Below, one piece after another: positions 40,584-49,999 of a stretch of DNA of 64,000 bases. Origin of the DNA: Phycisphaerae bacterium. Its GTDB lineage: Bacteria > Planctomycetota > Phycisphaerae > UBA1845 > Fen-1342. Both the position numbers and the translations under genes were made by a program. The stretch covers positions 1 through 64,000 of the forward strand of contig CAXXWX010000024.1 of assembly GCA_963675745.2 (NCBI GenBank), read 5' to 3'. Every line of letters begins with the position of its first letter. Within the stretch, counting starts at the first letter, position 1. The notes below the pieces were generated by a model. It was not told the DNA's origin. It saw only the letters and a list, made by a program, of their open reading frames with translations, and did no database searches.

Positions 40584-43481
40584 ATGCGCTCGCTATCACA
40601 CTCTGCTATTGTGATGCTCGCGGCCATGCTCGCCGTGGATGGCACGCGAGCTGCGAGCACGAGTGTCGAGTTTGCCGACGGCGTCACGCGCACTTGGGTC
40701 GGCGACGGCCTCTGGGCGAATCGCCTCCAAGATTGGCGCGTTTCAGGCGGGCGACTCGAGTGCATCTCGGGCGGCCTATTGCCGTTTCGCACCGTACACC
40801 TGATCACGCACGATCTGTCAGATCGAAACGAAGCGTCAGCGCTCTCGGTGCGACTGGGTTTGGTGGCGTCCGGGTCATCCAGGCAACCGGCGGTCGCGGG
40901 CTTTCTGGTTGGCGTCGGTCATGGCGAGATGGACTACCGCCGCGCGGCGACGGTCCACTACGCCGGCGCTGAGGGCGCGGGATGGCTTACCGGCATTACG
41001 CACTACGGACAGGTCTTCATTGACGACTTCGATGATGGATATGACCCGCCTGCGGCAGGTGGCCCGGGCCTTCCCGTGGACACCACGCTGACGCTCGTCA
41101 ACACACCCACCGGACCCGACACGATGTTGCTGCTTCTCGAAGCCCATGACACCGCGACAGGGACGCTGCTCAGCCAGACGTCACGAGAGGTCAGCGCGAC
41201 GTCGCTGGCCGGCGGCGTCGCCTTGATTCAGAATCCGGCCGGCGCCGAGACGCGTTTCTGGTTTGACGACTGGAGCCTGAGCGGCGACAAGGTTGACGCC
41301 CAACCCGATCGAGTACTCGGCCCGATTCTGAGTTGCCAGCACACGCTCAGCGCGCGTATGCTGACGTTGTCCGCACAGCTTTTCCCGATTGACGTCGCCC
41401 TGGGTGGCTTTGCGGAGTTAGAGGCCAACACGGGCGGCGGCTGGAGTGTTCTGGCCAGTGAGGCGGTCAGCCCAGCTAGCTTCGTTGTCACTTTCCGCGT
41501 CCCAGACTGGGACGACTCGCGCGATACGCCCTACCGTGTGCGCTACGACTACGAGGATGGGCCGGGCATGCCGCGCAGCGCGATCTACGAGGGGGTGATC
41601 CGCAGGGATCCCGTCGATCAGGACCAACTCGTGCTCGCCGCCTTTACGGGCTGCGACCCGGTCTATACCTCACCGGGCAGCGCCAGTTTTGACTGGCCGA
41701 CGGGGATGTACTTCCCGCACGAAGATCTGACCGCACGCGTCGCCGTCCATGATCCCGATCTCCTCTTCTTCTCCGGGGACCAGATCTACGAAAATCGCCC
41801 GTCGGGCGCCGATTACTCGGAACTCGAACGCGACTACCTGTACAAGTGGTATCTGTGGTGTTGGGCGTTTCGTGACCTGACGCGCGACACGCCTGCCATC
41901 ATTGTTCCTGATGATCACGACGTCTATCAGGGCAATCTCTGGGGCGAAGGTGGCATCGCCGCCACCATCCCAGGCGAGGGCGGCTACACCCAACCCGCAT
42001 CGTTCATCAATCTGGTGCATAACACGCAAACATCAAACCTCCCACCGCCGTATGACCCCACGCCGGTCGCCCAGGATATTTCGGTGTACTACACCGACGT
42101 GACCTACGGCCGCGTCAGCTTCGCGGTTCTGGCCGACCGTCAGTGGAAGCATGGCTGGAGGAACGAACCGCTGCTGCCGAGTTGGCTCACATCGGTCCTG
42201 ATCACTGATCCGCAGTATGACACTTCTGAGTTGGACGTACCGGGCTTGGACTTGCTCGGTGCGCGACAGCACGCGTTTCTCAGTGTCTGGTCGCAGGATT
42301 GGACCGGCGCCGACATGAAAGCCGCCCTTTCGCAGTCCATCTGGAGCCACCTGACCACGCACACCCACAACACGTTCAAGTATGCGGACATGGACTGCAA
42401 CGGCTGGCCGCAGACGCAGCGCAATATTGCCGTCGACTACCTCCGCCGCTGCTACGCCACCCACATCAGCGGCGACCAGCATTTGGGCTTGCTGGCCCAT
42501 CTGGGAATTGACGCGCATAACGACGCGACCTACGCGTTCATGGTGCCGTCGGTCGCGAATTTCTATCCCCGCCGATGGGAGCCGCTCGAATCGGGCCAGA
42601 ACCCCGAGCCCAACGCACCGACTTACACGGGCGAGTTTATCGACGGCTTTGGCCACCCGGTGACAGTGTACGCCGCATCGAACCCCAATGGTTCGGTAGG
42701 CTTCGAGCCGGCACACTTGCACGACCGCATGCCCGGCTACGGAATCGTGCGGTTCGACAAGTCCGCCCGGACAATCACGTATGAGTGCTGGCCGCGCTAC
42801 GCCGACCCGGGCGTGCATGCACAGTATGCTGGCTGGCCGCGGACGATCAACCAGGCGGACAACTACGCGCGCACGCCGGCGTCGTACCTTCCGCAACTCC
42901 ACGGACACTGCCTGAACGATCCCGTGGTCCTCGTCTATCAAGCCGGCTCGGGCGATCTGGTGCATGCGCTGCGTATAACGGGGGGCATGTATCAGCCCGT
43001 CGTGTTTGACGCCCCGGGCACGCTGTACGACGTCGTGGTGGGCGCGCCGGACTACGACGTGTGGTCAGTCTATTCGGGCATCGCGTCCGGCGCGTCGCCG
43101 GAGGATGCCGGCACGCTCGAGATCGCCGTGGACACGTTCACACTATGGCCAGACTTTCTAGATTGCGCGGGCGGTCCCCAGCGCGCGCCCTCGGCGATTC
43201 GTTGCGGCGTGCTCTTCGATTGTGATGGCGATACGGATATCGATCTTGTAGACTTCAGCGTCCTCTGTTTGGGCGCCATGGGCTCGTACGCTCACGGCGA
43301 CCTGAACTGCGATGGCTGGGTCAATAACGGCGACATCGACGCGTTCATCTTTGCCGTGTCATACCCCGACCAGTACGCATCTGAGTACCCGGGCTGCAAC
43401 ATCATGCTCGGAGATATCAACGGCGACGGTTGGATGAACAACGGCGACATCGACGCCTTTGTCGCGCTGCTCGGCGGGTAA
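40584..43481 (+). CDS. PhoD-family alkaline phosphatase-like protein with dockerin-like tail
   Basis: GAGGAGG RBS; FFSGDQIYE, PDDHDV, DCNGWP, ISGDQH; GDLNCDGWVNNGDID. Confidence 0.88.
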   Translation: MRSLSHSAIVMLAAMLAVDGTRAASTSVEFADGVTRTWVGDGLWANRLQDWRVSGGRLECISGGLLPFRTVHLITHDLSDRNEASALSVRLGLVASGSSRQPAVAGFLVGVGHGEMDYRRAATVHYAGAEGAGWLTGITHYGQVFIDDFDDGYDPPAAGGPGLPVDTTLTLVNTPTGPDTMLLLLEAHDTATGTLLSQTSREVSATSLAGGVALIQNPAGAETRFWFDDWSLSGDKVDAQPDRVLGPILSCQHTLSARMLTLSAQLFPIDVALGGFAELEANTGGGWSVLASEAVSPASFVVTFRVPDWDDSRDTPYRVRYDYEDGPGMPRSAIYEGVIRRDPVDQDQLVLAAFTGCDPVYTSPGSASFDWPTGMYFPHEDLTARVAVHDPDLLFFSGDQIYENRPSGADYSELERDYLYKWYLWCWAFRDLTRDTPAIIVPDDHDVYQGNLWGEGGIAATIPGEGGYTQPASFINLVHNTQTSNLPPPYDPTPVAQDISVYYTDVTYGRVSFAVLADRQWKHGWRNEPLLPSWLTSVLITDPQYDTSELDVPGLDLLGARQHAFLSVWSQDWTGADMKAALSQSIWSHLTTHTHNTFKYADMDCNGWPQTQRNIAVDYLRRCYATHISGDQHLGLLAHLGIDAHNDATYAFMVPSVANFYPRRWEPLESGQNPEPNAPTYTGEFIDGFGHPVTVYAASNPNGSVGFEPAHLHDRMPGYGIVRFDKSARTITYECWPRYADPGVHAQYAGWPRTINQADNYARTPASYLPQLHGHCLNDPVVLVYQAGSGDLVHALRITGGMYQPVVFDAPGTLYDVVVGAPDYDVWSVYSGIASGASPEDAGTLEIAVDTFTLWPDFLDCAGGPQRAPSAIRCGVLFDCDGDTDIDLVDFSVLCLGAMGSYAHGDLNCDGWVNNGDIDAFIFAVSYPDQYASEYPGCNIMLGDINGDGWMNNGDIDAFVALLGG

Positions 43482-43618
43482 CTGGCGGCGGGTGCACGTC
43501 GAAAGCTGAAACAGAAAAGGTGTCAGGACGGAATGGCACTGCCGCTTTTGTAGCAAGGACTTACGGCGTTTTCTGGCGTTTGGTGGACAGGAGTTCTGCG
43601 CGGGCCTGGTCGGAAACA

Positions 43619-44374
43619 GAAAAGGTGTCAGGAAGATTTTCTTGACGCCGTCGGCGGGTTTGGTATTGTAGCGGCATGGGACGACCGCCACGCATTACGG
43701 AGCCGGGGCTGGCGTATCATCTGCTGAATCGGCGGGTGATGCGGCTGCCGTTATTTCAGAAGAATGATGACTACGCCGCCTTCGAGCGCGTGTTGGCCGA
43801 AGGGCTGGCGCGACCCGATGCACCAAGTCTGCTGGCGTGGTGCCTGATGCCCAACCACTGGCATCTCGTCGTGCAGGCGGGCAAGGCGACCAACCTGTCC
43901 ACGTGGATGCAGTGGGTAACGGTCACGCACACGCATCGCTGGCATGCCCACACCGAGACGGCGGGTCAGGGGCCGCTTTATCAGGGCCGCTTCAAAAGTT
44001 GCCCCGTGCGGCAGGACGAGCATTTTCTGACCGTCTGCCGCTACGTCGAAGCCAACGCCCGGCGGGCCAAGCTGGTCAGGCAGGCGGAGGCGTGGCGCTG
44101 GGGCAGTCTGTGGGTGCGGCGCGGCGGCAAGTCGGCATTGCGGGGGTTGGTGCGGCCCTGGCCGGTGAGTCGGCCGCGTAACTGGCTGGCACAGGTCAAT
44201 CGGCTGATGGATGACGAAACGCTCGAACCTGTCCGGCTGTCGGTCACGCGCGGCGTGCCGCTGGGCGACGAGCGGTGGAAGCAGCGCATCGCCGGCCGCC
44301 TGGGGCTGCAAATCACACTGCGACCGCGCGGACGGCCGCCCAAGGACGCGCAAAAATCATCCTGACACCTTTTC
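43619..44374 (+). mobile_element. RAYT-type (Y1 HUH) element bounded by 22-bp inverted repeats
   Basis: GAAAAGGTGTCAGGAAGATTTT (43619..43640) and AAAATCATCCTGACACCTTTTC (44353..44374), one mismatch; extra left-end copy at 43508..43528. Confidence 0.8.
43676..44365 (+). CDS. REP-associated tyrosine transposase (IS200-like Y1)
   Basis: YHLLNR, CLMPNHWHLV (HUH), YQGRFKS, RYVEAN; TTGACG-16-TATTGT ends 6 nt before the ATG (probably leaderless). Confidence 0.92.
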   Translation: MGRPPRITEPGLAYHLLNRRVMRLPLFQKNDDYAAFERVLAEGLARPDAPSLLAWCLMPNHWHLVVQAGKATNLSTWMQWVTVTHTHRWHAHTETAGQGPLYQGRFKSCPVRQDEHFLTVCRYVEANARRAKLVRQAEAWRWGSLWVRRGGKSALRGLVRPWPVSRPRNWLAQVNRLMDDETLEPVRLSVTRGVPLGDERWKQRIAGRLGLQITLRPRGRPPKDAQKSS

Positions 44375-45952
44375 GGGGATGGCGATCCAGACGGTGGCGC
44401 CGCCGGTGGCGCGGTTTTCGCCGCCGATCGTGCCGCCGTGCGCCTCGGCGACTTTGCGGGTCACCAGCAGCCCCAGACCGACCGAGTCGTTGCGCGGATT
44501 GCGCTCACTCGCCCGGCCGAGGACAACCTGGCCGTCGGCGATCGGCAGGCCCGGGCCGTCGTCGCGCACCTCGAACCTGACATGGCCGTCGCGAAACTCA
44601 ACAACCACCTCGATCAGCCGCCGGCCGTGCTGAATCGCGTTGCGCACCAGGTTTTCCATGGCACGCATCAACCGGTGGCCGTCGGCGCGCAGCAGCGGCA
44701 ACCCCGGCGCGACATTGGCTTTAAGCTCGATGCCGCCGGCCTCCGCCATCGGGCCCAGCCCGCGGACCGTCTGGCGCACCAATTCACCGGGAGGCACCGG
44801 CTCGAGATTGAGATCCTGGCTGGACTCAAGCCGCGCGATCTCGAGCAGGTCGTCCGCGAGATATCGCACACGGTCGGCATCCATGCGCGCGATGCTCACG
44901 AGTTCGAGCGCTTCTCCGCGGATCGACGCCGCGTCTCCCCGGCGCAGCTTCAGTTCGGCGTTATCAAGGCAGGCGATTAGCGCGGTCAGCGGTGTTCGCA
45001 GGTCGTGGGAAACCTGCGCGATCCAGTCGCGACGACGCTCGTCGCGCGTTGCCAGATCATTCAGCAGTTGAGTAACGCGGCCGCGCATCGAGTTCATGGT
45101 CCGCGCCAGCAGCGCGATCTCATCGCGGCCGGCGGCATTGAACGGGCCGGGCAGTGGCTCGCCCGCTGTGACGGGCACGCCGGCGGCCTTGGAGAGTTGT
45201 ACCAGGCGACGGGTCACCATGAATGAGATCGCGGTTGCCGCCACGGCCGCGACGGCAATCACGACCAAAAACGCCATGGCGGCGATGATCGCACTCTCCC
45301 AGTTGGCGTACTCTCCCTCACGAATCGTCACCGGTAGCCCGGTTGATTCATCGATTTTCATGGCGACGGCGTCGTCATCCAGAATCGGCGTGCCGTCGAG
45401 CTCGCCCTGATATGCGTCGGGGCCATAGATGAGCGTGTTGGCATCCAGAATGGCCAACACCACCAAGGTGCCGGTCATTCCCGCGCGCGAGCGGGTTACA
45501 TGCACGGCGCGGGCCAGCCGATCGGAACCATCCGGAAAGCGGATGGTCGCCTCCGGATTGTCCGGCAGGGGGAGGCGGGTTCCGGGCGCGCACCACAGGA
45601 CGCCGGTTTGAAACAGGATGCGGTTGTCAGCATCGAGCCAGGCGAAATCCAGCCCCTCGTTGGTAAGCGCCGACGACACGACACGCAGTGCTTCGGGGGC
45701 GGGCAGTTGCTGGGCATCCTCGTCTGCGCGGGTGGTCACCAGTAGCAGGTCGGCAAGTGGTGTAAGCTCGTCGGTGCTCGGCAGGAAGACAACATACCCC
45801 TGGGAAGAATGTGGCAGCAGCCACTCATCAAGTGACTGCCAGAGCGATGGAGCCAGGAACAGCACAAAGATCAGGGTGACGACCAGCCAGAGCGCCAATT
45901 GCACGCTGAGTTTGCGGTGCCATTTGACTCGATCGGCGCCAATCCTCTTCAC
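44357..45952 (-). CDS. Sensor histidine kinase (HAMP-HisKA-HATPase)
   Basis: Two TM segments, DEIALLART, VSHDLRTPL, NLVRNA, DDGPG, GLGL. Confidence 0.93.
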   Translation of the reverse strand: MKRIGADRVKWHRKLSVQLALWLVVTLIFVLFLAPSLWQSLDEWLLPHSSQGYVVFLPSTDELTPLADLLLVTTRADEDAQQLPAPEALRVVSSALTNEGLDFAWLDADNRILFQTGVLWCAPGTRLPLPDNPEATIRFPDGSDRLARAVHVTRSRAGMTGTLVVLAILDANTLIYGPDAYQGELDGTPILDDDAVAMKIDESTGLPVTIREGEYANWESAIIAAMAFLVVIAVAAVAATAISFMVTRRLVQLSKAAGVPVTAGEPLPGPFNAAGRDEIALLARTMNSMRGRVTQLLNDLATRDERRRDWIAQVSHDLRTPLTALIACLDNAELKLRRGDAASIRGEALELVSIARMDADRVRYLADDLLEIARLESSQDLNLEPVPPGELVRQTVRGLGPMAEAGGIELKANVAPGLPLLRADGHRLMRAMENLVRNAIQHGRRLIEVVVEFRDGHVRFEVRDDGPGLPIADGQVVLGRASERNPRNDSVGLGLLVTRKVAEAHGGTIGGENRATGGATVWIAIPEKVSG

Positions 45953-46641
45953 GGCTCTTCCCGCAGGCGGTAGCCGACGCCCCAGACCGTCTCGAGGTAG
46001 CGTGGATCGCTGGCGTCTTCCTCAATCTTGGCGCGCAAGCGGCGTACATGCAGGTCCACGGTCCGTATGTCCCCTTCGTATTCAGCGCCCCAAACGCGAT
46101 CCAGAAGCTGTTCGCGCGTCCAGGTTCGCCCGGGATGACGAAGCAGAAACAGGAGCAGGTCAAACTCGCGCGGCTTGAGCACCACTTCGCTTCGATCAAG
46201 CCCGGCCACATGCCGCTCCGGATCGGCCCAGAGGATGCCGTGCTGCACGCGCCCCGGCCCAAACGCGTGCCCGGCCCGGCGCATCACACTCCTCACGCGG
46301 GCGATCAGTTCAGGCAGGTGAAACGGCTTGATCACGTAGTCGTCCGCACCGACATCGAGGCCGCGCACACGGTCTTCGGGCGCATCGCGCGCGGTGAGGA
46401 TAATGATCGGCATGCCCCGCCCGGACAGCCTCAGTGAACGGCAGAGGTCCAGCCCGTTGCCGTCGGGCAGGCCCAAATCAAGCAGCATCAGGTCATAATC
46501 GCGGCGCAGGGCCTGTGTGGCGGTGGCCAGCGACGTGCTGACGTCCACCCAGAAGCCCGCGGCGCGCAGGGCATCCAGAAGCTGCTTTCGGATGCGTTCG
46601 TCATCTTCGACCAGTAGGATTTCCGGCTCGTTTCTCGGCAT
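45949..46641 (-). CDS. OmpR/PhoB-family response regulator
   Basis: LLVEDD, LDLGLPDGNG, GADDYVIKPF, RTVDLHVRRLRAKIE, TVWGVGY. Confidence 0.96.
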   Translation of the reverse strand: MPRNEPEILLVEDDERIRKQLLDALRAAGFWVDVSTSLATATQALRRDYDLMLLDLGLPDGNGLDLCRSLRLSGRGMPIIILTARDAPEDRVRGLDVGADDYVIKPFHLPELIARVRSVMRRAGHAFGPGRVQHGILWADPERHVAGLDRSEVVLKPREFDLLLFLLRHPGRTWTREQLLDRVWGAEYEGDIRTVDLHVRRLRAKIEEDASDPRYLETVWGVGYRLREEP

Positions 46642-46797
46642 ATCCACCTGACAACCCGTCGCGACAGGCCATCCTGTGACACAACCCGGCGGTTGTTGGC
46701 CTGGGAACGCCTGATTCGCGCGACGCCGGCGCCATTGTAGATTTGCCGGGTGATTGTGGGTAACACGAGACCGAAGATGTACGCCTCAATTTCCTGT

Positions 46798-46830
46798 TTG
46801 GACACAATTTGGACACATATTGGACAAACC
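46798..46830 (+). promoter_or_regulatory. Three 11-bp-periodic direct repeats, candidate response-regulator box
   Basis: TTGGACACAAT TTGGACACATA TTGGACAAACC in the divergent intergenic region. Confidence 0.7.
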
Positions 46831-47027
46831 TGTCTGTCATTATGGGCTTGTCGGTTTTTGTCGGCATGCCCAATCCGTCATATCTACAAGAGACGGGCAT
46901 GTCACGTGAAGGAAGCGCAGCCGCGTACAGCGATGACAGTTTCCCGCGGCATGGGGTGCTGCGCCTCGTGCCGGAGTTGCCGCGCAGCTCACTATGCGCC
47001 GCGCAACCCATATGAGGAGGACGAGTC

Positions 47028-49802
47028 GTGAAACGGAACCCCGCACGTGTCGGATTAGCGATGGTGTGTTTACTCGCCACGGCCTGGATGGCCGGCGCGG
47101 CGATGAGCCCGGTTACGACCGATCTAGTCGTCGACGAGCCGGACCGCATGGTCGTGCATTACGAGTTCGGCGACTACCGATCGCGCCAAGTTGTGATCAA
47201 CGGGCAGGCCTATGAGGCGCTGCTGTTGAGCGGCGAGCCTCTCACGAACGAGTTGGGCGCCCCCGAAGTTCCGTACGTAAGTGACAGCCTGATTATTCCG
47301 GACAATGCCGAGATGGCCGTGACGGTTGTCGGTCAGCGGTATTACGAGATTCCGGCGGCGATCGTCCCGTCGAAAGGTGTCATCAGCCGTGACATTGACC
47401 CGGCTACGGTGCCGTACCAGTTTGGTGACGCCTACACGACCGATGCGTTCTACCCCGGGGTCGTGGCCGAGCTTGGCAGCCCATACATCCTGCGCGACCA
47501 CCGCGGCGCGGTGGTGCGGGTTAACCCGTTTCAATACAACCCGGTTACCGGCGTGTTGCGCGTATACACGGAAGTGACCGTTGAAGTCACCACGGTTGGC
47601 CCGGGTCAGGTCAACGTGCTGACGCGGCCAATGCGGGCGCGCGCCCTGAGCAGGGCATTCCACGAAGTCTACGGAGCACACTTCCTCAACTACACGCTGG
47701 ACAGTCGCTACGCGCCGCTGGACGAGCAGGGAGACATGCTGATCATTTGCCATGACGCGTGGATTCCCAATATCCAGCCGTTCGCGGATCACAAGAACGC
47801 CGCCGGCATCAATACAACGGTTGTCGGCGTATCGACCATCGGCAACTCGCACGCCGCGATCGCGGCGTATATCCAGAGTGTTTATGACACGAGTGACCTG
47901 GCATTCGTCTTGCTCGTGGGTGATCTGGCCCAGGTGACCGTGGCCACCACGCAGGGCGGATCGGGCAATTCCGGCCCGGGTGATCCGGTGTATGCCAAGG
48001 TGGCGGGTGGCGATGCTTATCCCGACATCATGCTCGGCCGTTTTTCGGCAAGTACGGCGGCTCACGTGGATACCCAGGTGGCGCGGACGATCGACTATGA
48101 GAATATGCCCGCCACCCAGCAGGACTGGTTCTGGAAGGGCACGGGCATCGGCTCGGCTGAGGGAGCCGGCATCGGCGACGAGGGGCAATCTGACACGCAG
48201 CACATCAACGAGATTCGCGGCTGGCTGCTGGCCAACGGCTATACGCAGGTGGATCAGATCTACGATCCCGGTGCGACGGCCGCGCAGGTCAGCGCCGCTC
48301 TCAATGACGGCCGGGGTGTCCTCAACTACTGCGGGCACGGCTACGAATTCGGGTTGAGCACGACCGGCTTCGATACGGGGGACATTGCCAGCCTCACCAA
48401 CGACAACATGTTGCCGTTCATGTTCCTGGTGGCGTGCGAACCGGGGAGCATCGACGAGACGGAATGTTTCGCCGAGGCCGCCATGCGGGCGACGAACGGC
48501 GGTCAGCCAACCGGCGCCATCGCTTGTTATGCCTCGTCGACTTTACACCCCTGGGCCGAGCCGATGGAAGCCCAGGATGAGTTTGGGCTTTTGCTCACAG
48601 ATCCCGCCGAGCCGTACCACACGATTGGCGCACTGTGCTACGCGGGATCGTGTTCGATGATCGACGATTACCCGAGCGTCGGGGCGTTGACGTTCAACAC
48701 CTGGCTCCTCTTCGGTGATCCGTCGCTGCGAGTCATTGGGACGATTACGCCTCCGCACGGCCTGGCGGTCTCGCCCGGCACCGGGTTGGCGGCTGAGGGG
48801 CAGCACGGCGGTCCGTTCTCGCCGAACAGCATCGACTACACACTCGAGAACCTCGACGACAGTCCGCTCACGTACAGTGTCAGTGCGACGCAGGCGTGGG
48901 TTACGGTAACGAATGGCAGCGGCACGATTCCCGCCAGCGGTTCCGCACTGGTCACGGTGGAGATCAACGCGGCCGCCAATACACTGGGTGACGGGGACTA
49001 TTCGGACACCATCACGTTCGTGAACGAGACCAACCACGACGGCGATACGACGCGCGAGGTCACGCTCACCGTCGGTGTTCCCGGTGTGCAATACCAGTGG
49101 ACGTTTGACAGCGATCCCGGCTGGTCGATGCAAGGCCAGTGGGCCTTCGGCCAGCCTATGGGACTGGGGGGCTCGCACGGTTTCGCCGACCCCAACTGTG
49201 GCGCATCGGGCACGAATGTGTGCGGCGTGAATCTGAATGGCGACTACTCTCTGACCACCGGCGGCCCGTACTACCTGACGCTGGGCCCGATCGACCTTAG
49301 CGATGTGACCGACGTGAGCCTGCGATTCCAGCGCTGGCTCAACACCGACTATGAGCCGTACGTCGTGTGTACGCTAGACGTATCGCGCGGCAGCGACATC
49401 TGGACCACGTTGTGGACGAACGGTGGCAGCGAGATAGTGGAGAACGACTGGTCGGCGCAGGAGTTCGACATCTCTTCAACGGCTGACGACCAGGCGACCG
49501 TCTACGTGCGCTGGGGCTATGAAGTCGGCAACTACGCGTACGCGTATTCCGGTTGGAACATCGATGATGTCGAGATCTGGGGGCTGGCGGCCGGCGGGTC
49601 GGAGTACGCGCCGGGCGACGTCAACTGCGACGGGTTGCTGAACAACGGTGACATCGACCCGTTCGTATTGGCCGTGACGGATCCGGCAACATATGTTGCG
49701 ACTTACCCGCAATGTGACATCAACCTGGCCGATTGCAACGGCGACACGTTGGTGAACAACGCGGATATTGACGCTTTTCTCGCGCTTCTGGACGGGGCAT
49801 AA
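47028..49802 (+). CDS. Peptidase C25 (gingipain-like) with propeptide, Ig-like modules and dockerin-like tail
   Basis: Propeptide (ILRDHRG, NPFQYNP), FVLLVGD, GRFSA, NYCGHG, VACEPG, LFGDPS. Confidence 0.92.
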   Translation: MKRNPARVGLAMVCLLATAWMAGAAMSPVTTDLVVDEPDRMVVHYEFGDYRSRQVVINGQAYEALLLSGEPLTNELGAPEVPYVSDSLIIPDNAEMAVTVVGQRYYEIPAAIVPSKGVISRDIDPATVPYQFGDAYTTDAFYPGVVAELGSPYILRDHRGAVVRVNPFQYNPVTGVLRVYTEVTVEVTTVGPGQVNVLTRPMRARALSRAFHEVYGAHFLNYTLDSRYAPLDEQGDMLIICHDAWIPNIQPFADHKNAAGINTTVVGVSTIGNSHAAIAAYIQSVYDTSDLAFVLLVGDLAQVTVATTQGGSGNSGPGDPVYAKVAGGDAYPDIMLGRFSASTAAHVDTQVARTIDYENMPATQQDWFWKGTGIGSAEGAGIGDEGQSDTQHINEIRGWLLANGYTQVDQIYDPGATAAQVSAALNDGRGVLNYCGHGYEFGLSTTGFDTGDIASLTNDNMLPFMFLVACEPGSIDETECFAEAAMRATNGGQPTGAIACYASSTLHPWAEPMEAQDEFGLLLTDPAEPYHTIGALCYAGSCSMIDDYPSVGALTFNTWLLFGDPSLRVIGTITPPHGLAVSPGTGLAAEGQHGGPFSPNSIDYTLENLDDSPLTYSVSATQAWVTVTNGSGTIPASGSALVTVEINAAANTLGDGDYSDTITFVNETNHDGDTTREVTLTVGVPGVQYQWTFDSDPGWSMQGQWAFGQPMGLGGSHGFADPNCGASGTNVCGVNLNGDYSLTTGGPYYLTLGPIDLSDVTDVSLRFQRWLNTDYEPYVVCTLDVSRGSDIWTTLWTNGGSEIVENDWSAQEFDISSTADDQATVYVRWGYEVGNYAYAYSGWNIDDVEIWGLAAGGSEYAPGDVNCDGLLNNGDIDPFVLAVTDPATYVATYPQCDINLADCNGDTLVNNADIDAFLALLDGA

Positions 49803-49999
49803 CCGCCTCCCGCGGGACCAATGCCGGCCGGTGCCGTGGTCCGGCGACCGGTGCCGGTCGGCAACCCCGCGCGCGATGACGATCTGGCGATGGTCGCGCG
49901 CGGCGGGAACGGAAGCGTATTCTGAGGCCCTGTCACTAGTGGCGGGGCGTCCTTACCGCAGTCACGCACGAAAATACCGACACTCTCGGGAGGATGAGT

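Noticed and set aside
46940..46990. Possible third copy of the structured leader before the first protease
   Set aside because: Only a short GC-rich hairpin resemblance; the flanking conserved blocks are missing.
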